Assembly: GCA_965645245.1 (NCBI GenBank)
Contig: OZ287071.1
Location: forward strand, 2,852,001-2,916,000
Origin: Massalongia carnosa
Lineage: Eukaryota
DNA: 64,000 nucleotides
Direction of reading: 5' to 3'
The first letter of the stretch is position 1. The number at the start of each line of letters is the position of its first letter. The translations under genes and the position numbers were made by a program. Shown one piece after another: positions 49,942 to 62,261 of this stretch. The notes beneath the pieces are model-generated. The model was given only the letters and a program-made list of their open reading frames with translations. It was not told where the DNA came from and did no database searches.

Positions 49942-52900
49942 TTATTCATGACAGCGACATCGAGGAATGGAACAGGGGGTGAGATGTGGGCCGGATGCAC
50001 CAGGATAGGCTTCGTGGAATTCGTCCAGAGCTTGTTGACAGTTGGTTAGTAGGTGAAATGGCTCCCAGGTGGGGGTATGTCCTTCCCAGTTGACGAAATA
50101 CTTGAGAAGCGGAGGTTGATAACGTCTGTCCAGTTTCGAGTTCAGAATGCTGTTGACATACCATTCTCGCTGTCCATCTTCGGCTATTATTGGGTCGCGA
50201 AGCTCGGGAATTTGTCCTGGGAGGGGGTCGTCTGCGTCGTGTTGTAGCAGATTTACATGAAAGACCGGATGAATTTTAACCGTGTCGGGGAGTTCCAGTT
50301 GAACAACAAGAGGGTTGGCGAACACCTTACAGACTCGGTAAGGACCGACATTTCGATCGTCCAGTTTGGCTGCCGGACGGGCTGTCTGGATATTTCGGGT
50401 GTTCAGCCATACCATGTCTCCTACAAGATAACGAGGACAGGGACGGCGGTTCTCATTGGCGGAAGATTCGTATGAGGCCTGCGCGATCAACATCTCTTCT
50501 CGTAGGTGAGTGTCTACGTCTCGCATCTTGTCTACGAATCGATTGGCGGCGATCAGGTTAGCGATTCCCTGGGCGGTCGGGTCTTGCGGAAGGGGCTCTT
50601 CGGGTTCGAATCCTACCCTGGGGTGTTGTCCATAATTAGCCAGGAAGGGAGAGGCGAGAATGCTGGAGGAGTCGGTGTTATTGCTGGAGAATTCGGCACC
50701 GGGTAAGTACTGGGCCCAGTCATCTTGCATGTAATTGAGGTATGCCCGAAGATAGTGCTCCATGGTTGCATTAGCCCTCTCGGTTTGGCCATCTGTCTCG
50801 GGATGAAAACTGGTTGATAGCCTAGCATCAATTCTAAGCCGTTTACACATGATGTCCCAGAAATCGAAGGTGAATTGGGTGCCTCGATCCGAAATCAAGG
50901 CGTCTGGGAGACCGTGTAATTTCCATACATTTTGGTAGAAGGAGTTAGCAGCCTCTTCTACCTCCATGGAGGTGGTGGGGACGAAATGTCGCATCTTGGA
51001 AAGGCGATCGATGAAGACGAGGATATAACGATAGGTTATACCCATGAAGGTGCTCGGAGGCAGCGGACCTACGTAGTCCATGGAAACGTCACGCCATCGA
51101 CGTTCGGGTGGGGACAGAGGGCGTAGCCATCCTTGGTATCGTTGGCGGGATGGTTTGGATCGTCTACAGGTGTGACAGTTACGAATGAATCGTTTGACGG
51201 TTTGATGCATACTGGGCCACCAGTATGATCGATTCATTAGTTCGTAGCATTTGGAACGACCGGGATGGCCACCTGCTACGCTGTCGTGTGCCTGATGAAT
51301 GAGACGGAGACGGAGCCGATCCGAATTGGGTACGTATCGACGATTTCGAAAATAAAGAATCCCTTCTTTATCTTCACATTCGGCTAGCTGAATGCCGTTA
51401 TGATATCTGACATTATTGCGAAGCATGTCTAGAACTTTCAGAGAGAATTGATCCTGTTCCAGAGCTTGTTCCCATAACAGCTGAGTTGGGACGTCGGTCG
51501 GGTCTTGGCCAGGATTGGTTTGGTCGGCAGGCTGATCCAGCTGTGGTTCAGGTTCAATGAACTCGTGATCATGTTCAACGGACTCGGGATCCTGTTCGAT
51601 GAACGCGGGGGCTAGGATAATCGTGGATAAGAAACTTTTCGCCACTTCGTCGTCCAGGTTATGAGTTTTCAGGATGGTTTCATGCTGATGTTTATGTCTT
51701 TCATCAGTTTCATCCCCCTCTTTAGGGAGATCTCCTGAGCGACGAGTCAGTGCATCTGGTTTTTCACCAGCTTTTCCGGGTCGATAGACTATTTTAAAGT
51801 CAAATCGGGATAAGAATTCGGACCAGCGAGCTTGACGACGACTGAGTTGTTTAGTTGAAGCGAAGTATTCCAAATTCTTATGATCTGAGATAACGCTGAT
51901 GGGGTGAGCAGAACCTTCCAATTCCGGTCTCCATTCTTCGAAGCATCGGACGATGGCCATGAGTTCCTTGTCATAGATCTCATAATTGCATTCGGCCGGG
52001 TTGTGTTTCTTGGAGAAGTATGCGATGGGGCGAAGCACGTTCTCGTTGTCATACTGAGAAAGGATACCACCAGAGACGTAGTCCGAAGCATCGGTTTCCA
52101 CGATGATAGGACGATCGGGATCGAAATGCATCAGTATTAGTTCCGGCATCAGTATTAGTTCCGAGGTGAAAGCTTTTTTTAGAGTTTCGAATGCCTGTTG
52201 ACATTTGTCAGTCCATTGAAAGCTGACCTCCTTTTTGGTTAGATTCGTCAGTGGGCCGGCTATCTTACTAAAGCCGTATACGAATCGTCTATAGAAGTTA
52301 TCAAATCCCAGAAAGCTTTGTACATCATTCATATTGATCGCTATTGGCCAATGAGTTACTGTTTCGATTTTAGCGGGGTCCATTTTGATTCCCTCGGTGG
52401 TTACGATTAGTCCGAGATAGGCAACTTCTGTGACATGAAATTTGCATTTGGTGATGTCTACTTGCAGCCCGGCTTCTCTCAGCTTGATGAGGATACGTTT
52501 GACGTGGATTTCATGCTCGCCTTCAATTTCGCTATAGATGAGAATGTCATCTAGATAGGCCGTGCAAAATTCGTCGAGATACTCTCGAAGAGTATCATTG
52601 ATGAAGTGTTGAAAGGAGGCGGGGCCGTTACAGAGGCCGAATGGTAGGACCAGGGATTCGAAGAGGCCAAAACGGGTTCTGAATGCGGTGAGTTCTTCAT
52701 CTCCTTCCTTGATGCGGAGCCGATTGAACGCTGAAATAATGTCCAGCTTGGTGAATATCTTAGCCCGACTCAGGCGATTCAGGGTTTCGGTGATCAGGGG
52801 AAGCGGATACCGATTCTTAATCGTGATGGCATTGAGGCCTCGATAGTCGACACAGAAGCGAAGTCCTCCTCCTGGCTTCTTTACGAACATGACTGGGGAG

Positions 52901-54350
52901 GCAGCGGGGGATTTACTAGCTCGGATGAAGCCTTTCGGCAGGTTCTCATCAAGGTAGCGTCGGAGTTCTTCGATTTCGGTTCGACTCATGCCATAAAGAG
53001 CTTGATTCGGGATTGGAGAGCCTTCTTTAGCTTTATGGCATGGTCGTAGGGTCGGTGTTCGGGCAGGACGTCCGATTCTTTTTTGGAGAAGACATCCAGA
53101 AAGTCGTGATACTGTTTGGGTAGAAGGGGGGCTGGGTCGACGTTCTTTCGCTCACGATAAGCGTTCAGTTCTTCGGCGGTCACTGATGATTGCAGTGTCA
53201 AGGGTTGAGGTTCGGGTTCGGTCACTGAACATAACTGTGTCAGAGCCTGGTTCATACGGAACAGGGCTAAGTGATATTTCTTTTCACTAGGGCTGGACCG
53301 GGGGTTGGGTTGGTAGGTTGGTTTCGAGTGTGCCCAGTCAGTCTCTTGACGAAGGCGAGATTCGGGTTTGGGTTCAGGCTTAGGTTCAGGTTGAGTCAGG
53401 CCGAGAAAGTGATCGATTTCTTTCAAGGAGAAAGCAAACATCTCGTGACTCTTTTTTCGTCCGAGATAGTTGAAGTTGAGGGCGCCGATTTCACAGACGT
53501 CCAAAACAGGAGGATTGCGATTCTGCTGGGCAGCATGTCGCTGAGTGGAGGTGCGATACGAAGAGGGACTTCGATATCGGATTTTCGGTGAGTCGCCCTG
53601 TTCAATCGCTTTTTCGATACGACTGATGTCCTGATTTTCGAGAGAAGTTGTCTTACTATCGCGCGGCGTGGTTTTATCGGACAGGACAGGTTTTTCGGAC
53701 AGGATTTGACTATTGGACGAGTAGTTTTCCGATTCCCATACTTCCTGACTTTCCGCAGGAGATAGGAATTTCTCGCCCGTGTAGGCCTTCACCTTGACTG
53801 GATGAGGGCTACAATGAGCCAGGCAGAAAGAGGAAGACAGGGAGAGAGAGTTGGACTCGAAATCAGCGAGAGCTTGATGTCGTCGCAACCACGGGTGTCC
53901 CAGGACGATGGGGTAGGTTTTCAGTCCTGTTACGAAAAGGAATAATCTTTCTACATGTCCGTTTAAGTCCATGATTACCTCGGCCACATGAGTGATATTT
54001 CCAGTCAGAGCCGGCTGACCGTCGAAGCCTTCAAGGCGTCGGGCGTATTTGAGGGGATGAAGGGGGATTTGGTGAGTTTGCGCAAACTTCTTGTCAATGA
54101 ATGCATAGCCAGATGCACCACAGTCAATCAGATTGAGAGCTTGAATTCGAGATCTACCTAAACGTAAGATACATGATACCACTAGGTGGCTATCTCGAAA
54201 CGCTTCTTCGGTTTCAAACAGCTCCAAAGCGGAGGCTGCGGAAAAACGAGTGTTTGATTGAAGGGGGGGAGAAAACGAGTTGGCTAACAGACAAGAAGAA
54301 ATTAAAATAGGGCTCTGCGCGCGACGATGCGCAGAGTCTAGACGTTTCCC
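49942..54350 (-). pseudogene. pol: Gypsy Pol with a 1-bp deletion near 53028
   Basis: CTAAAGAAGG here versus CTAAAAGAAGG in copy 1 splits pol into 413-aa and 1015-aa ORFs. Confidence 0.93.
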
Positions 54351-55531
54351 GAGTCGTCAGTCTCGGGAGTGAGGGTCGAGACGACTTCCATGTTGCGAAG
54401 GCGTTTGGTAGGCTTATTTGGACAGTCGGAGGCCGACCCGAGGTGTTGCAATTTGCAATAGAAGCACAGGTTCCAATTCTCGCAGATCTTCCTTACTCCC
54501 TCGGTTTTCAACGACTGACCTTTGACAGCCGCCATGGCCTGACTTAGGTCCATGGGGTCTCCAGCTGGGGGGAAGGCGGGGGTTGGGATCAATGGGGTGA
54601 CCGTGCCCGTGACGACAGTGCGGGGGAAAGGGGCAGCAGGAAGGTTGGTGCCGTTTCTTCGATTGGCGGGAGCTGATGTGGCCGGAGTCGTGGCCTTGGG
54701 TGCCAGATGACGGATCTGATGGATTTTCCGGTCCGTGCTTAACCACATTGCGACGTGCTCGTCGAAGGTGATTGGCTCCAGATTGGTGCCGGGGACTCGG
54801 TAGTGGACGGCCGCGGTTTGAACGGAGTAGTTGATGTTTGCCTTCATGGCATCAATCAACGAAGCGTCTTCCATTCTGGATCGGTCTTTTTTCTGAGAGA
54901 AGAGAGTGTTGTACTCTTCGAAACTCAGAGAGCCCTGCTTGAGGGTTTCTCGAAGGTACTTACGGGCATCCTCTTGTTCGAAGGGGTTGCCGCAGGCTAG
55001 GCGAAGAGCAGAACGCCATTCGGAGAAGGTGGTGAGTCTACAAATGCCATCCACTCGATACGCATTCATAAGGGTGTGAGCTCGTTTCCCGATGGTGAGC
55101 CGATTCTCCGCGTATGCAATCTTGGAGGCATCGGTGGAGTATCGATCATGATTAACGTGCATCCGTTGAATCAGGCTCTGTTCCCACGAGTCCAACTTGG
55201 CTTCGTCTCCATCGTACTCGGAGATGTCGGGAAGTTTTTCGGAACGAAGATCGGTTTTGGACTCGGAATTCCGGGTCAAAAGGAGCTGCAGGAGGGCAGC
55301 TATCTGAGGGTCCATTGCTGGAACGGACGAGGGAGACGAGGTTGATGCTGGAGTGGGTATAGGGGGGTCGGGAGCTGGGGCGGCCTGCAACCGGGCCACC
55401 TCGTCTTGAAGTCGTCGTATTTCCGCGACGAATGCTTCAGGATTGGTTTGGAACTGGTTTTGAAACAACTTCACGTTCTCGTCGATGAGAGGATTTTGGG
55501 GGACGGTCATCTCTTCTGAAGACGAAGACAT
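54338..55531 (-). CDS. gag: Gypsy Gag, 397 aa
   Basis: Near-identical to 27223-28416. Confidence 0.92.
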   Translation of the reverse strand: MSSSSEEMTVPQNPLIDENVKLFQNQFQTNPEAFVAEIRRLQDEVARLQAAPAPDPPIPTPASTSSPSSVPAMDPQIAALLQLLLTRNSESKTDLRSEKLPDISEYDGDEAKLDSWEQSLIQRMHVNHDRYSTDASKIAYAENRLTIGKRAHTLMNAYRVDGICRLTTFSEWRSALRLACGNPFEQEDARKYLRETLKQGSLSFEEYNTLFSQKKDRSRMEDASLIDAMKANINYSVQTAAVHYRVPGTNLEPITFDEHVAMWLSTDRKIHQIRHLAPKATTPATSAPANRRNGTNLPAAPFPRTVVTGTVTPLIPTPAFPPAGDPMDLSQAMAAVKGQSLKTEGVRKICENWNLCFYCKLQHLGSASDCPNKPTKRLRNMEVVSTLTPETDDSGNV

Positions 55532-56412
55532 GATGGTGGAATATGAGGGGGGACAGGGGCTAGTGCTATGAAAGGCACCTTTCGATGTGGGTCCGACGTA
55601 ATGTCAAGGACTGGGCAGGGGATTGAACTAATGTTCCTAGGAATTGGATTGGGTGATCAAGATGTCTTTATTAATAAGGCTATAGCTAGGTGATGGATTG
55701 CTATACAAGACGTCGGACAAGGAGTCAACTATCTAATTAACTTGTCCTTCCTTTTATATTTGTCTTGAACCCCTTTGCATGAAGATTCGATCAGTGTTCA
55801 TCTCCCCCTATTAGGAGACGTACGGCAAGAAGGTTTGACAAGGTGTTTGACGATAAAAGGTGGAGATGAGGTTCTCCTGTCGTTGGTACGCTTTGATGGT
55901 GATGGTACAGCTTTGACCTGAAGCCGTTGAGAGGGGTCTAAACTCGATTTAGTTAATGAGATTCTGACTAAGCTGAATAGAGGAACGGGAGCTTAGTCAG
56001 ATTCATCTGCGGGATTGATTCTGGATCGGGTTGGTTCGATTTCATGACAGTTTGAAGCAATTCAACATGCGCGCGGAGAGATAGAGTTACACGGGTTAGC
56101 AAAGCATCGCTAGCTACCTGAATGCGTTTGTTCGTTGTGAGGGTAGTGGTAACGATGTTGCGAGGTGAAGGAATGATAGATCTAGGCAGTTTGCCTAAAA
56201 CATGCTCGGGATTGTATGGAATAAGACCTGCCCCCCGGCATGCATTCATGATATTGATGAGGTTGTTTCCCTCTTAACTATCACTTTAGAACTATCCGCA
56301 ATGGTCATGGCAAAACCCTTTTCATCCATATTGTAAATACCTTCATCTGCGACTCCACACTTTGCTCGGGTGGTCATGTACAGTTCAAACCATTCCTTTA
56401 GGATTTTGGGAT

Positions 56413-56582
56413 TGTGACGAAGCGAGATAGTGAATAGATTTCTACCATTGCGCCACCTGTCCTCCCGAGCAAAAGGCACAATACTTAGTCCGCAGATCAA
56501 CCTCTATTCTACTATAACTGGGACTCCTGCTATGTTCGCTGTAGGTCCTGCCGTCCGCACCACGCATGGTCGAACCGTTAAA
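56413..56582. mobile_element. Solo LTR (170 bp) in pogo-d
   Basis: TSD GGGAT. Homologous to 11038-11207. Confidence 0.9.
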
Positions 56583-57152
56583 GGGATGACTTGCGTCTTT
56601 TTTTGATTGATCTAAATTTCTTTTAAATTTAGTTTTGAATTGGGGATGTCTATTCATGATAGTTTTATACCAATGATGTCCTAGGGGTTTTGAGTCCCCT
56701 TTTGCTTCCAGCAGACTTTTGGTCATGCCCTCAAGGTGTTGAATACTAGGTGGCCAGCCCCATGCAGTCATCCGATCTATCCACGTGATCAAGCCCTGTT
56801 CTTCTTCTACTGATAGTCTTTGAGTGGCCTCATGGGAGGTTTTTGCGTCACGTCTGCCTTGAAAACTGGCCTGCAAGGTCGATCAGGGAACTCTGTTGAA
56901 TGGCGGTTGCGATTATGGTTATAATGGCTTGTTGGGCTCACTGCGTGGATAGCGGGTAGTCTAATCTTCTCTAGGAAGGTTTTAGGTTTAGCGTGCTTTG
57001 CCCTTTGGTGAAAAGTCTGCTCTTTTCCTTTCAGATAGCTATATAGTCAATGCGATTACCTGCAACCAGAGTCTCCTTTTAACTGGTTATGAGCACGGTC
57101 AGCAACAAGCTTCCGAACATCAGAAAAGGATATAGCTCTTCGCAAATCGCTA

Positions 57153-57338
57153 TCTCGGCAGCTCGACTACGATTCCTTTAGGTAGGAAGAATCAGCACCT
57201 CGGCAGCTCCTTACGATTCCTATGGTAGGATAAACCAGCACCTCGGCAGCTCCTTACGATTCCTATGGTAGGATAAACCAGCACCTCGGCAGCTCCTTAC
57301 GATTCCTGTGGCAGGATAAACCAGCACTCCCGGCAGCT
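57153..57338 (+). repeat. 43-bp tandem repeat (about 4 copies) in the copia-4 leader
   Basis: CAGCAC starts at 57193, 57236, 57279 and 57322. Confidence 0.92.
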
Positions 57339-57377
57339 TGATACGACGGATCCAACAAGCACAATCAAATATCAAAA

Positions 57378-60300
57378 ATGACAACAATCGCAGACGATCT
57401 AGCGAAAAGAAGACCCTTGCCCGTTCTGACAAGGGAGAACTATCAAAGATGGTTCGAGCTGGCCGAAATGCATTTCGAAGCGGAAGGCATCTTTAATACA
57501 ATAAGCGAGCCACAGCCCAATTCCTCGTACCTTCAGCAGCGAATGGACAAATTAAGCCTTGATGGAAAAGGAATAGATAAATCAGACACACCCCTCACCC
57601 GGGAAACCCCAATTATCGATTCGGAAAGATGGAGAAAGGACAACGCTAAAGCATGCTATCTTATAACCATCTGCTTAAGCCAATTCGATCAAGAACGCGT
57701 AAGAGTGATGAAGACAGCGGCGGAAAAGTGGACCTCGCTGTTAAGCAAGTACAACAGCATCCTTCCCACTTCAGGAAGACATTACCTTCAAGAGCTGGTG
57801 TCATATAAAATGAAAGAGAACACCACCGTTCAGGAAGCATGGGGGGAACTTTTGTTGTTGAGAGACAAGGTCGTCATGGCCACACCCACACTTCGAGACG
57901 CATTTCCCACTCGGCAACTATTCCAATTACTCTTACAATCTCTCCCAGCCGAGTACGCGGTCATTAGAGACGGAATTGATGCAATTGGGGGAGTAGATGC
58001 CGAAATTGGCATAAAAAGGTTGGAAGACAAAGAAATTCAGCTAACACAGGCGAAAGCAGATTTAGCCTTGCTCGCAAAGCAGAAAGAACAGCGAAGAGAG
58101 CAGCGACGGCCTCTCAACCCATCCAGAAGTCAAAGCACATTCAACAACTCCAGGCAGGAGCGATCCAGACGGCACGAAAGGTCCTCAAGTGCAAAGAGAG
58201 AAACGAAAATCAAGGACAACTCGCAAAAGGGATGCTTAATCTGTGGAGAAGTCGGCCACTGGACCAAAGAGTGCGAATTCTTGGAAAGCACTCGCAGCCA
58301 CGTCAGGAGCCTCGCGAAGAAGAAGAAAGAGGTCAATAAAGGCAAATCATCCGTCAAGCGCCATCGGAGCTATCTCGCTGGCGAGTCAGAAGAAGAGGAC
58401 GAGAACGATAGCTTCTCATCAGGCGACAATGACGATGATCTAGATGATCTCGAGGAAACTGCGGCCCTCTCCAGAGAAGCAGTCTGTAAGATTCCCAGAT
58501 CAAAATGGGTAGCTGACTCTGGCGCATCATCCCACATGACTGACAAGCTTCAGCTCTTTAGCGGACCTCTGACAAAGATTAGAGAAAGAAGAATAAAGGT
58601 CGGCGGGGGAGAATTGAGAGCATGTCATCGCGGTACGTGCGTGATCAAGGATGGGCACGGAAATCAGGGATTTCTTTCTTCTGTCCTTTATGTCCCCAAG
58701 CTAGGGGTTAATCTCTTGTCTGGAAGGCGGATGTGCGAGAAGGGCCTCATCGGAAGTTTCGATCAGCACGGGCTGAAGATGCATGACAAGCAAGGCAAGG
58801 AGATCATGGAGGCACGGCAGCGAGGGGGAGTATATATCGTCGAGAAAATAGCAAAGGATCTCGATGAATTCGCATTAACCGCGTCCATGCATCATGACAT
58901 TGCCTTTCCAAGCAAAGTTGATATTGCATCACTCTCGTCTTCATCAGAGGCGTTAAAGCCGCGCGGCGCGGGTTTAACATGTCCAACAACACATAACAAT
59001 ATGGAAATCGAGATTGAGTCAACACCCGCACTTAACCCAACCAAGACGGACAAACACTCTGAAACGTACAGGCTATGGCATCGAAGATTCGCTCACCTAG
59101 GCCGAGAAAAGCTTCGTAACCTGCATAAGGTCACCACCCTAGAAAAGCCTATTCCGGTCAGCAAAGAAGAGGATCACATTTGCGAGGTATGCGCGCTCAC
59201 TAAGCTCACCAATAAAAGAGGCAAAGCGACCGAGCGAAAAACCACACTTCTGGCTCTGGTCTCCATCGATATTTGCGGTCCTTTGCCTGCCTCTCGAGTA
59301 GGATACACATACTTTTTGGAAATTGTGGACAACTATTCTAGAAAGATATGGTCCATTCCACTCAAAAGGCGAGACGAAGCACCAGGTGAATTGCGAAAAT
59401 GGAGAATAAAAGTCGAATTACAAAGTGCACAAAGACTATTGGCTGTACGGAGTGACAATGCCACCGAGCTGAAGGCTACTCTTGATGAATGGTGCTCCTC
59501 AATCGGTATTATTCCGCAATACACCGTTCCTCATATGTCTATTCAGAACGGAGTCGCCGAGCGAGCAATTCGTACCACCGAGAACTCGGTGCGAGCCATG
59601 ATAAAGGATGCAGAACTCCCAATCGAATTCTGGAAGGAAGCCATGGAAACTGATGCATATCTTCGGAATCGCACGGGATGCGGACCGATCATCGACGGCT
59701 ATGCTAGCACACCGGAAGAAGCCTTCACGGGCGTCAAGCCATCCATTGATCACATTAGGGTATGGGGATGCAAATGCTATTCGTACGTCGATCCCAAATC
59801 GCTACCCGCGGGGGACAGAAGAGACAAGTTCATGGACAGAGGCAGAATCGGAGTCTTTATGGGATATGTAGAAGAGACCACTAAACAGTATCGTCTCTGG
59901 GCACCCGACATGGGAAAAATCATCAGAAGCCATGTCGTAAAATTTGATGAAAATTTAAAAGGTGGCAGCGTTGATTTAAACTTGCGGAAGCAGACACCCA
60001 ACGTGCTACCAGAAAGACGGCCAGTAGGAAGACCACAAAAGACAAAAGAAACGAAAATCAGCGAACCCGCCAAATTAGTAGAAAGATTTTCGCATGTGGA
60101 GGTTTCTAGTCAACAGAATCAAACTCATGACCAACCAAACCCGAAAGATGATGTCACTCAAAACGTACCACCAATCCCAACTTCCGAAGAGTCGCCCATA
60201 GCGAATGATTCAATCCCAGCCGCAGCTGTGCCTAAGGCTAGCACTAGCATATTCTCTCATGTTGCAAACCCGAAGCGAAAGCGATCTGATGAAGACTCAG

Positions 60301-62051
60301 TTCCCGAAGAACCGGCTTTCAAAATACCGCGCGCTTTTCTAGCGCTGTTCGCCGACGATAATAACGAGGATGAAGATGGCTATCTCAAATTCGAATCTGC
60401 CCTATCGGCTGATGCTTCTTCATTTGAAAGAAACATACCCGAGCCTAAGTCTTACAAGGAAGCAGTAAATGATCCGGTGTGGGGGGAACTATGGAAAGAA
60501 GCAGTGAATACCGAGATCAAGGCGCTCATCGGTAATAAGACTTGGAAAGAAGTTGTTCCACCTCCCAAAACGAACATCGTCACCTGCAAATGGGTGTTTA
60601 AAGTAAAAACCAACCTCGATGGCTCATTGGAGAAGTTTAAAGCAAGATTAGTCGCCCGTGGGTTTACTCAAAAATACGGCATCGACTATGAGGACACTTT
60701 CGCCCCCACGGTAAGATCAGATACCCTACGTGCAGTGCTTGCCATAGTAGCGATGGAAAACCTGGAATGTCATCAAGTGGACGTGAATAACGCATTTACC
60801 CAATCAACCTTGAAAGATGTCATTTACATGACCGCACCGGAAGGAGTAAACGTTGCCCCTGGTAGAGTTCTTCAGATTCTGCAAAGTCTATACGGTTTAA
60901 AGCAGTCCGCCAGAGAATGGAATAGCCGCTGTACAAATGAGCTGACCAAACTAGGCTTCATTCAATGCTCATCTGACCCATGCCTATTCACTCATCCTAA
61001 AAAGGGAATCATCATATTCATGCACGTAGATGACCTGGTGATCGCCTCCAAAATGATGAAAGAGATCGATTGGTTCAAGAAAGAGTTCAATGCTGCCGTT
61101 AGCATCAAGGACCTAGGAGAAGTGTCGAAGGTTCTGGGCATACGAGTAACCAGAGATCGAAAAAATCGAACTCTTCGAATGGACCAGACGCATTATCTCA
61201 AAGATGTGATGGAGAGAACACATATGAGCGCTGACAAATATAGGCCTACCGAAATTCCAATGAACGGCTATGATTCATTGCGACCGGCTGGAAAAGATGA
61301 TAAGCGCATAGATCAAAGAGAATATCAGCAAATTGTTGGAAGCCTGATGTACGCGGCAATTCATACGCGGCCAGATATAGCTTTTGCTCTTGGAAGGCTA
61401 AGCCAATATCTCAGTGATCCAGCTGCTCATCACGGTCATGCACTAAAGACGCTGCTTAGATACGTTCGGTCCACCATTGACATCGGTATACTGTATGGGG
61501 CTGGGGGGAATCATGGCCAAGGCCTCATTGGGTATTCCGACTCAGACTACGCAGCTGATAGGCTCGAAAGAAAATCGATCTTGGGATACGTGTACATGCT
61601 AGGGGGAGGGCCTATATCGTGGATGAGCAGAAAGCAAAAGTCGGTTGCTACGTCTACAACGGAGGCAGAATACATGGCCTTATCAACTTGTGCTGAGGAG
61701 GGTTTATGGCTCGTTCAGCTGATGAAAGACATAGGCTTCGAGAAATATTTTAGTCATAACGTCAATATTCGTGAGAACTTGACGCATCAAGCTGACTCCC
61801 CGATGCGGTTAAAAGGAGATAATCAAGCCGCTATCCAACTGGCAAAAGATGCTCACATTCATGATAGATCTAAGCATATCGACGTTGCCTATCATCACAT
61901 TCGGGACCTGCACAAGCGAAATCGAATTCAGGTCGAGTACATACCCAGCGGAGAGATGATTGCCGACGGCCTAACCAAGCCTCTAAATAAGCCCATCTTC
62001 AATCTGTTCATTAGTCAATTGGGACTGCAAAAAATGGAAAGAGTAAGGTAG
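57378..62051 (+). CDS. gag-pol: Uninterrupted copia gag-pol, 1557 aa
   Basis: Motifs CLICGEVGHWTKEC, VADSGAS, WHRRFAH, QNGVAER, HVDD and MIADGLTK. Confidence 0.96.
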   Translation: MTTIADDLAKRRPLPVLTRENYQRWFELAEMHFEAEGIFNTISEPQPNSSYLQQRMDKLSLDGKGIDKSDTPLTRETPIIDSERWRKDNAKACYLITICLSQFDQERVRVMKTAAEKWTSLLSKYNSILPTSGRHYLQELVSYKMKENTTVQEAWGELLLLRDKVVMATPTLRDAFPTRQLFQLLLQSLPAEYAVIRDGIDAIGGVDAEIGIKRLEDKEIQLTQAKADLALLAKQKEQRREQRRPLNPSRSQSTFNNSRQERSRRHERSSSAKRETKIKDNSQKGCLICGEVGHWTKECEFLESTRSHVRSLAKKKKEVNKGKSSVKRHRSYLAGESEEEDENDSFSSGDNDDDLDDLEETAALSREAVCKIPRSKWVADSGASSHMTDKLQLFSGPLTKIRERRIKVGGGELRACHRGTCVIKDGHGNQGFLSSVLYVPKLGVNLLSGRRMCEKGLIGSFDQHGLKMHDKQGKEIMEARQRGGVYIVEKIAKDLDEFALTASMHHDIAFPSKVDIASLSSSSEALKPRGAGLTCPTTHNNMEIEIESTPALNPTKTDKHSETYRLWHRRFAHLGREKLRNLHKVTTLEKPIPVSKEEDHICEVCALTKLTNKRGKATERKTTLLALVSIDICGPLPASRVGYTYFLEIVDNYSRKIWSIPLKRRDEAPGELRKWRIKVELQSAQRLLAVRSDNATELKATLDEWCSSIGIIPQYTVPHMSIQNGVAERAIRTTENSVRAMIKDAELPIEFWKEAMETDAYLRNRTGCGPIIDGYASTPEEAFTGVKPSIDHIRVWGCKCYSYVDPKSLPAGDRRDKFMDRGRIGVFMGYVEETTKQYRLWAPDMGKIIRSHVVKFDENLKGGSVDLNLRKQTPNVLPERRPVGRPQKTKETKISEPAKLVERFSHVEVSSQQNQTHDQPNPKDDVTQNVPPIPTSEESPIANDSIPAAAVPKASTSIFSHVANPKRKRSDEDSVPEEPAFKIPRAFLALFADDNNEDEDGYLKFESALSADASSFERNIPEPKSYKEAVNDPVWGELWKEAVNTEIKALIGNKTWKEVVPPPKTNIVTCKWVFKVKTNLDGSLEKFKARLVARGFTQKYGIDYEDTFAPTVRSDTLRAVLAIVAMENLECHQVDVNNAFTQSTLKDVIYMTAPEGVNVAPGRVLQILQSLYGLKQSAREWNSRCTNELTKLGFIQCSSDPCLFTHPKKGIIIFMHVDDLVIASKMMKEIDWFKKEFNAAVSIKDLGEVSKVLGIRVTRDRKNRTLRMDQTHYLKDVMERTHMSADKYRPTEIPMNGYDSLRPAGKDDKRIDQREYQQIVGSLMYAAIHTRPDIAFALGRLSQYLSDPAAHHGHALKTLLRYVRSTIDIGILYGAGGNHGQGLIGYSDSDYAADRLERKSILGYVYMLGGGPISWMSRKQKSVATSTTEAEYMALSTCAEEGLWLVQLMKDIGFEKYFSHNVNIRENLTHQADSPMRLKGDNQAAIQLAKDAHIHDRSKHIDVAYHHIRDLHKRNRIQVEYIPSGEMIADGLTKPLNKPIFNLFISQLGLQKMERVR

Positions 62052-62261
62052 TATCGCACCGCAGGGGGACTGTTGAATGGCGGTTGCGATTATGGTTATA
62101 ATGGCTTGTTGGGCTCACTGCGTGGATAGCGGGTAGTCTAATCTTCTCTAGGAAGGTTTTAGGTTTAGCGTGCTTTGCCCTTTGGTGAAAAGTCTGCTCT
62201 TTTCCTTTCAGATAGCTATATAGTCAATGCGATTACCTGCAACCAGAGTCTCCTTTTAACT

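Larger units (their letters stand above)
49454..56049 (-). mobile_element. Full-length Ty3/gypsy chromovirus (gypsy-B copy 2)
   Basis: 448-bp LTRs 49454-49901 and 55602-56049, roughly 4 differences by eye. TSD GTTTG. Confidence 0.98.
46750..56893 (-). mobile_element. pogo/Fot1-like remnant (pogo-d) interrupted by hAT, gypsy-B copy 2 and a solo LTR; 5' end missing
   Basis: TA + ACGTATTAGCCACCCC terminus. Transposase pieces 56050-56893 (QRLSVEEEQGL..WGWPP, IYNMDEKGF) and 49168-49453. Confidence 0.75.
56894..62261 (+). mobile_element. Full-length Ty1/copia element (copia-4)
   Basis: 191-bp LTRs 56894-57084 and 62071-62261, identical by eye. PBS GGTTATGAGC, PPT GCAGGGGGAC. Flanks AACTC/AATTT do not match. 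Confidence 0.96.
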
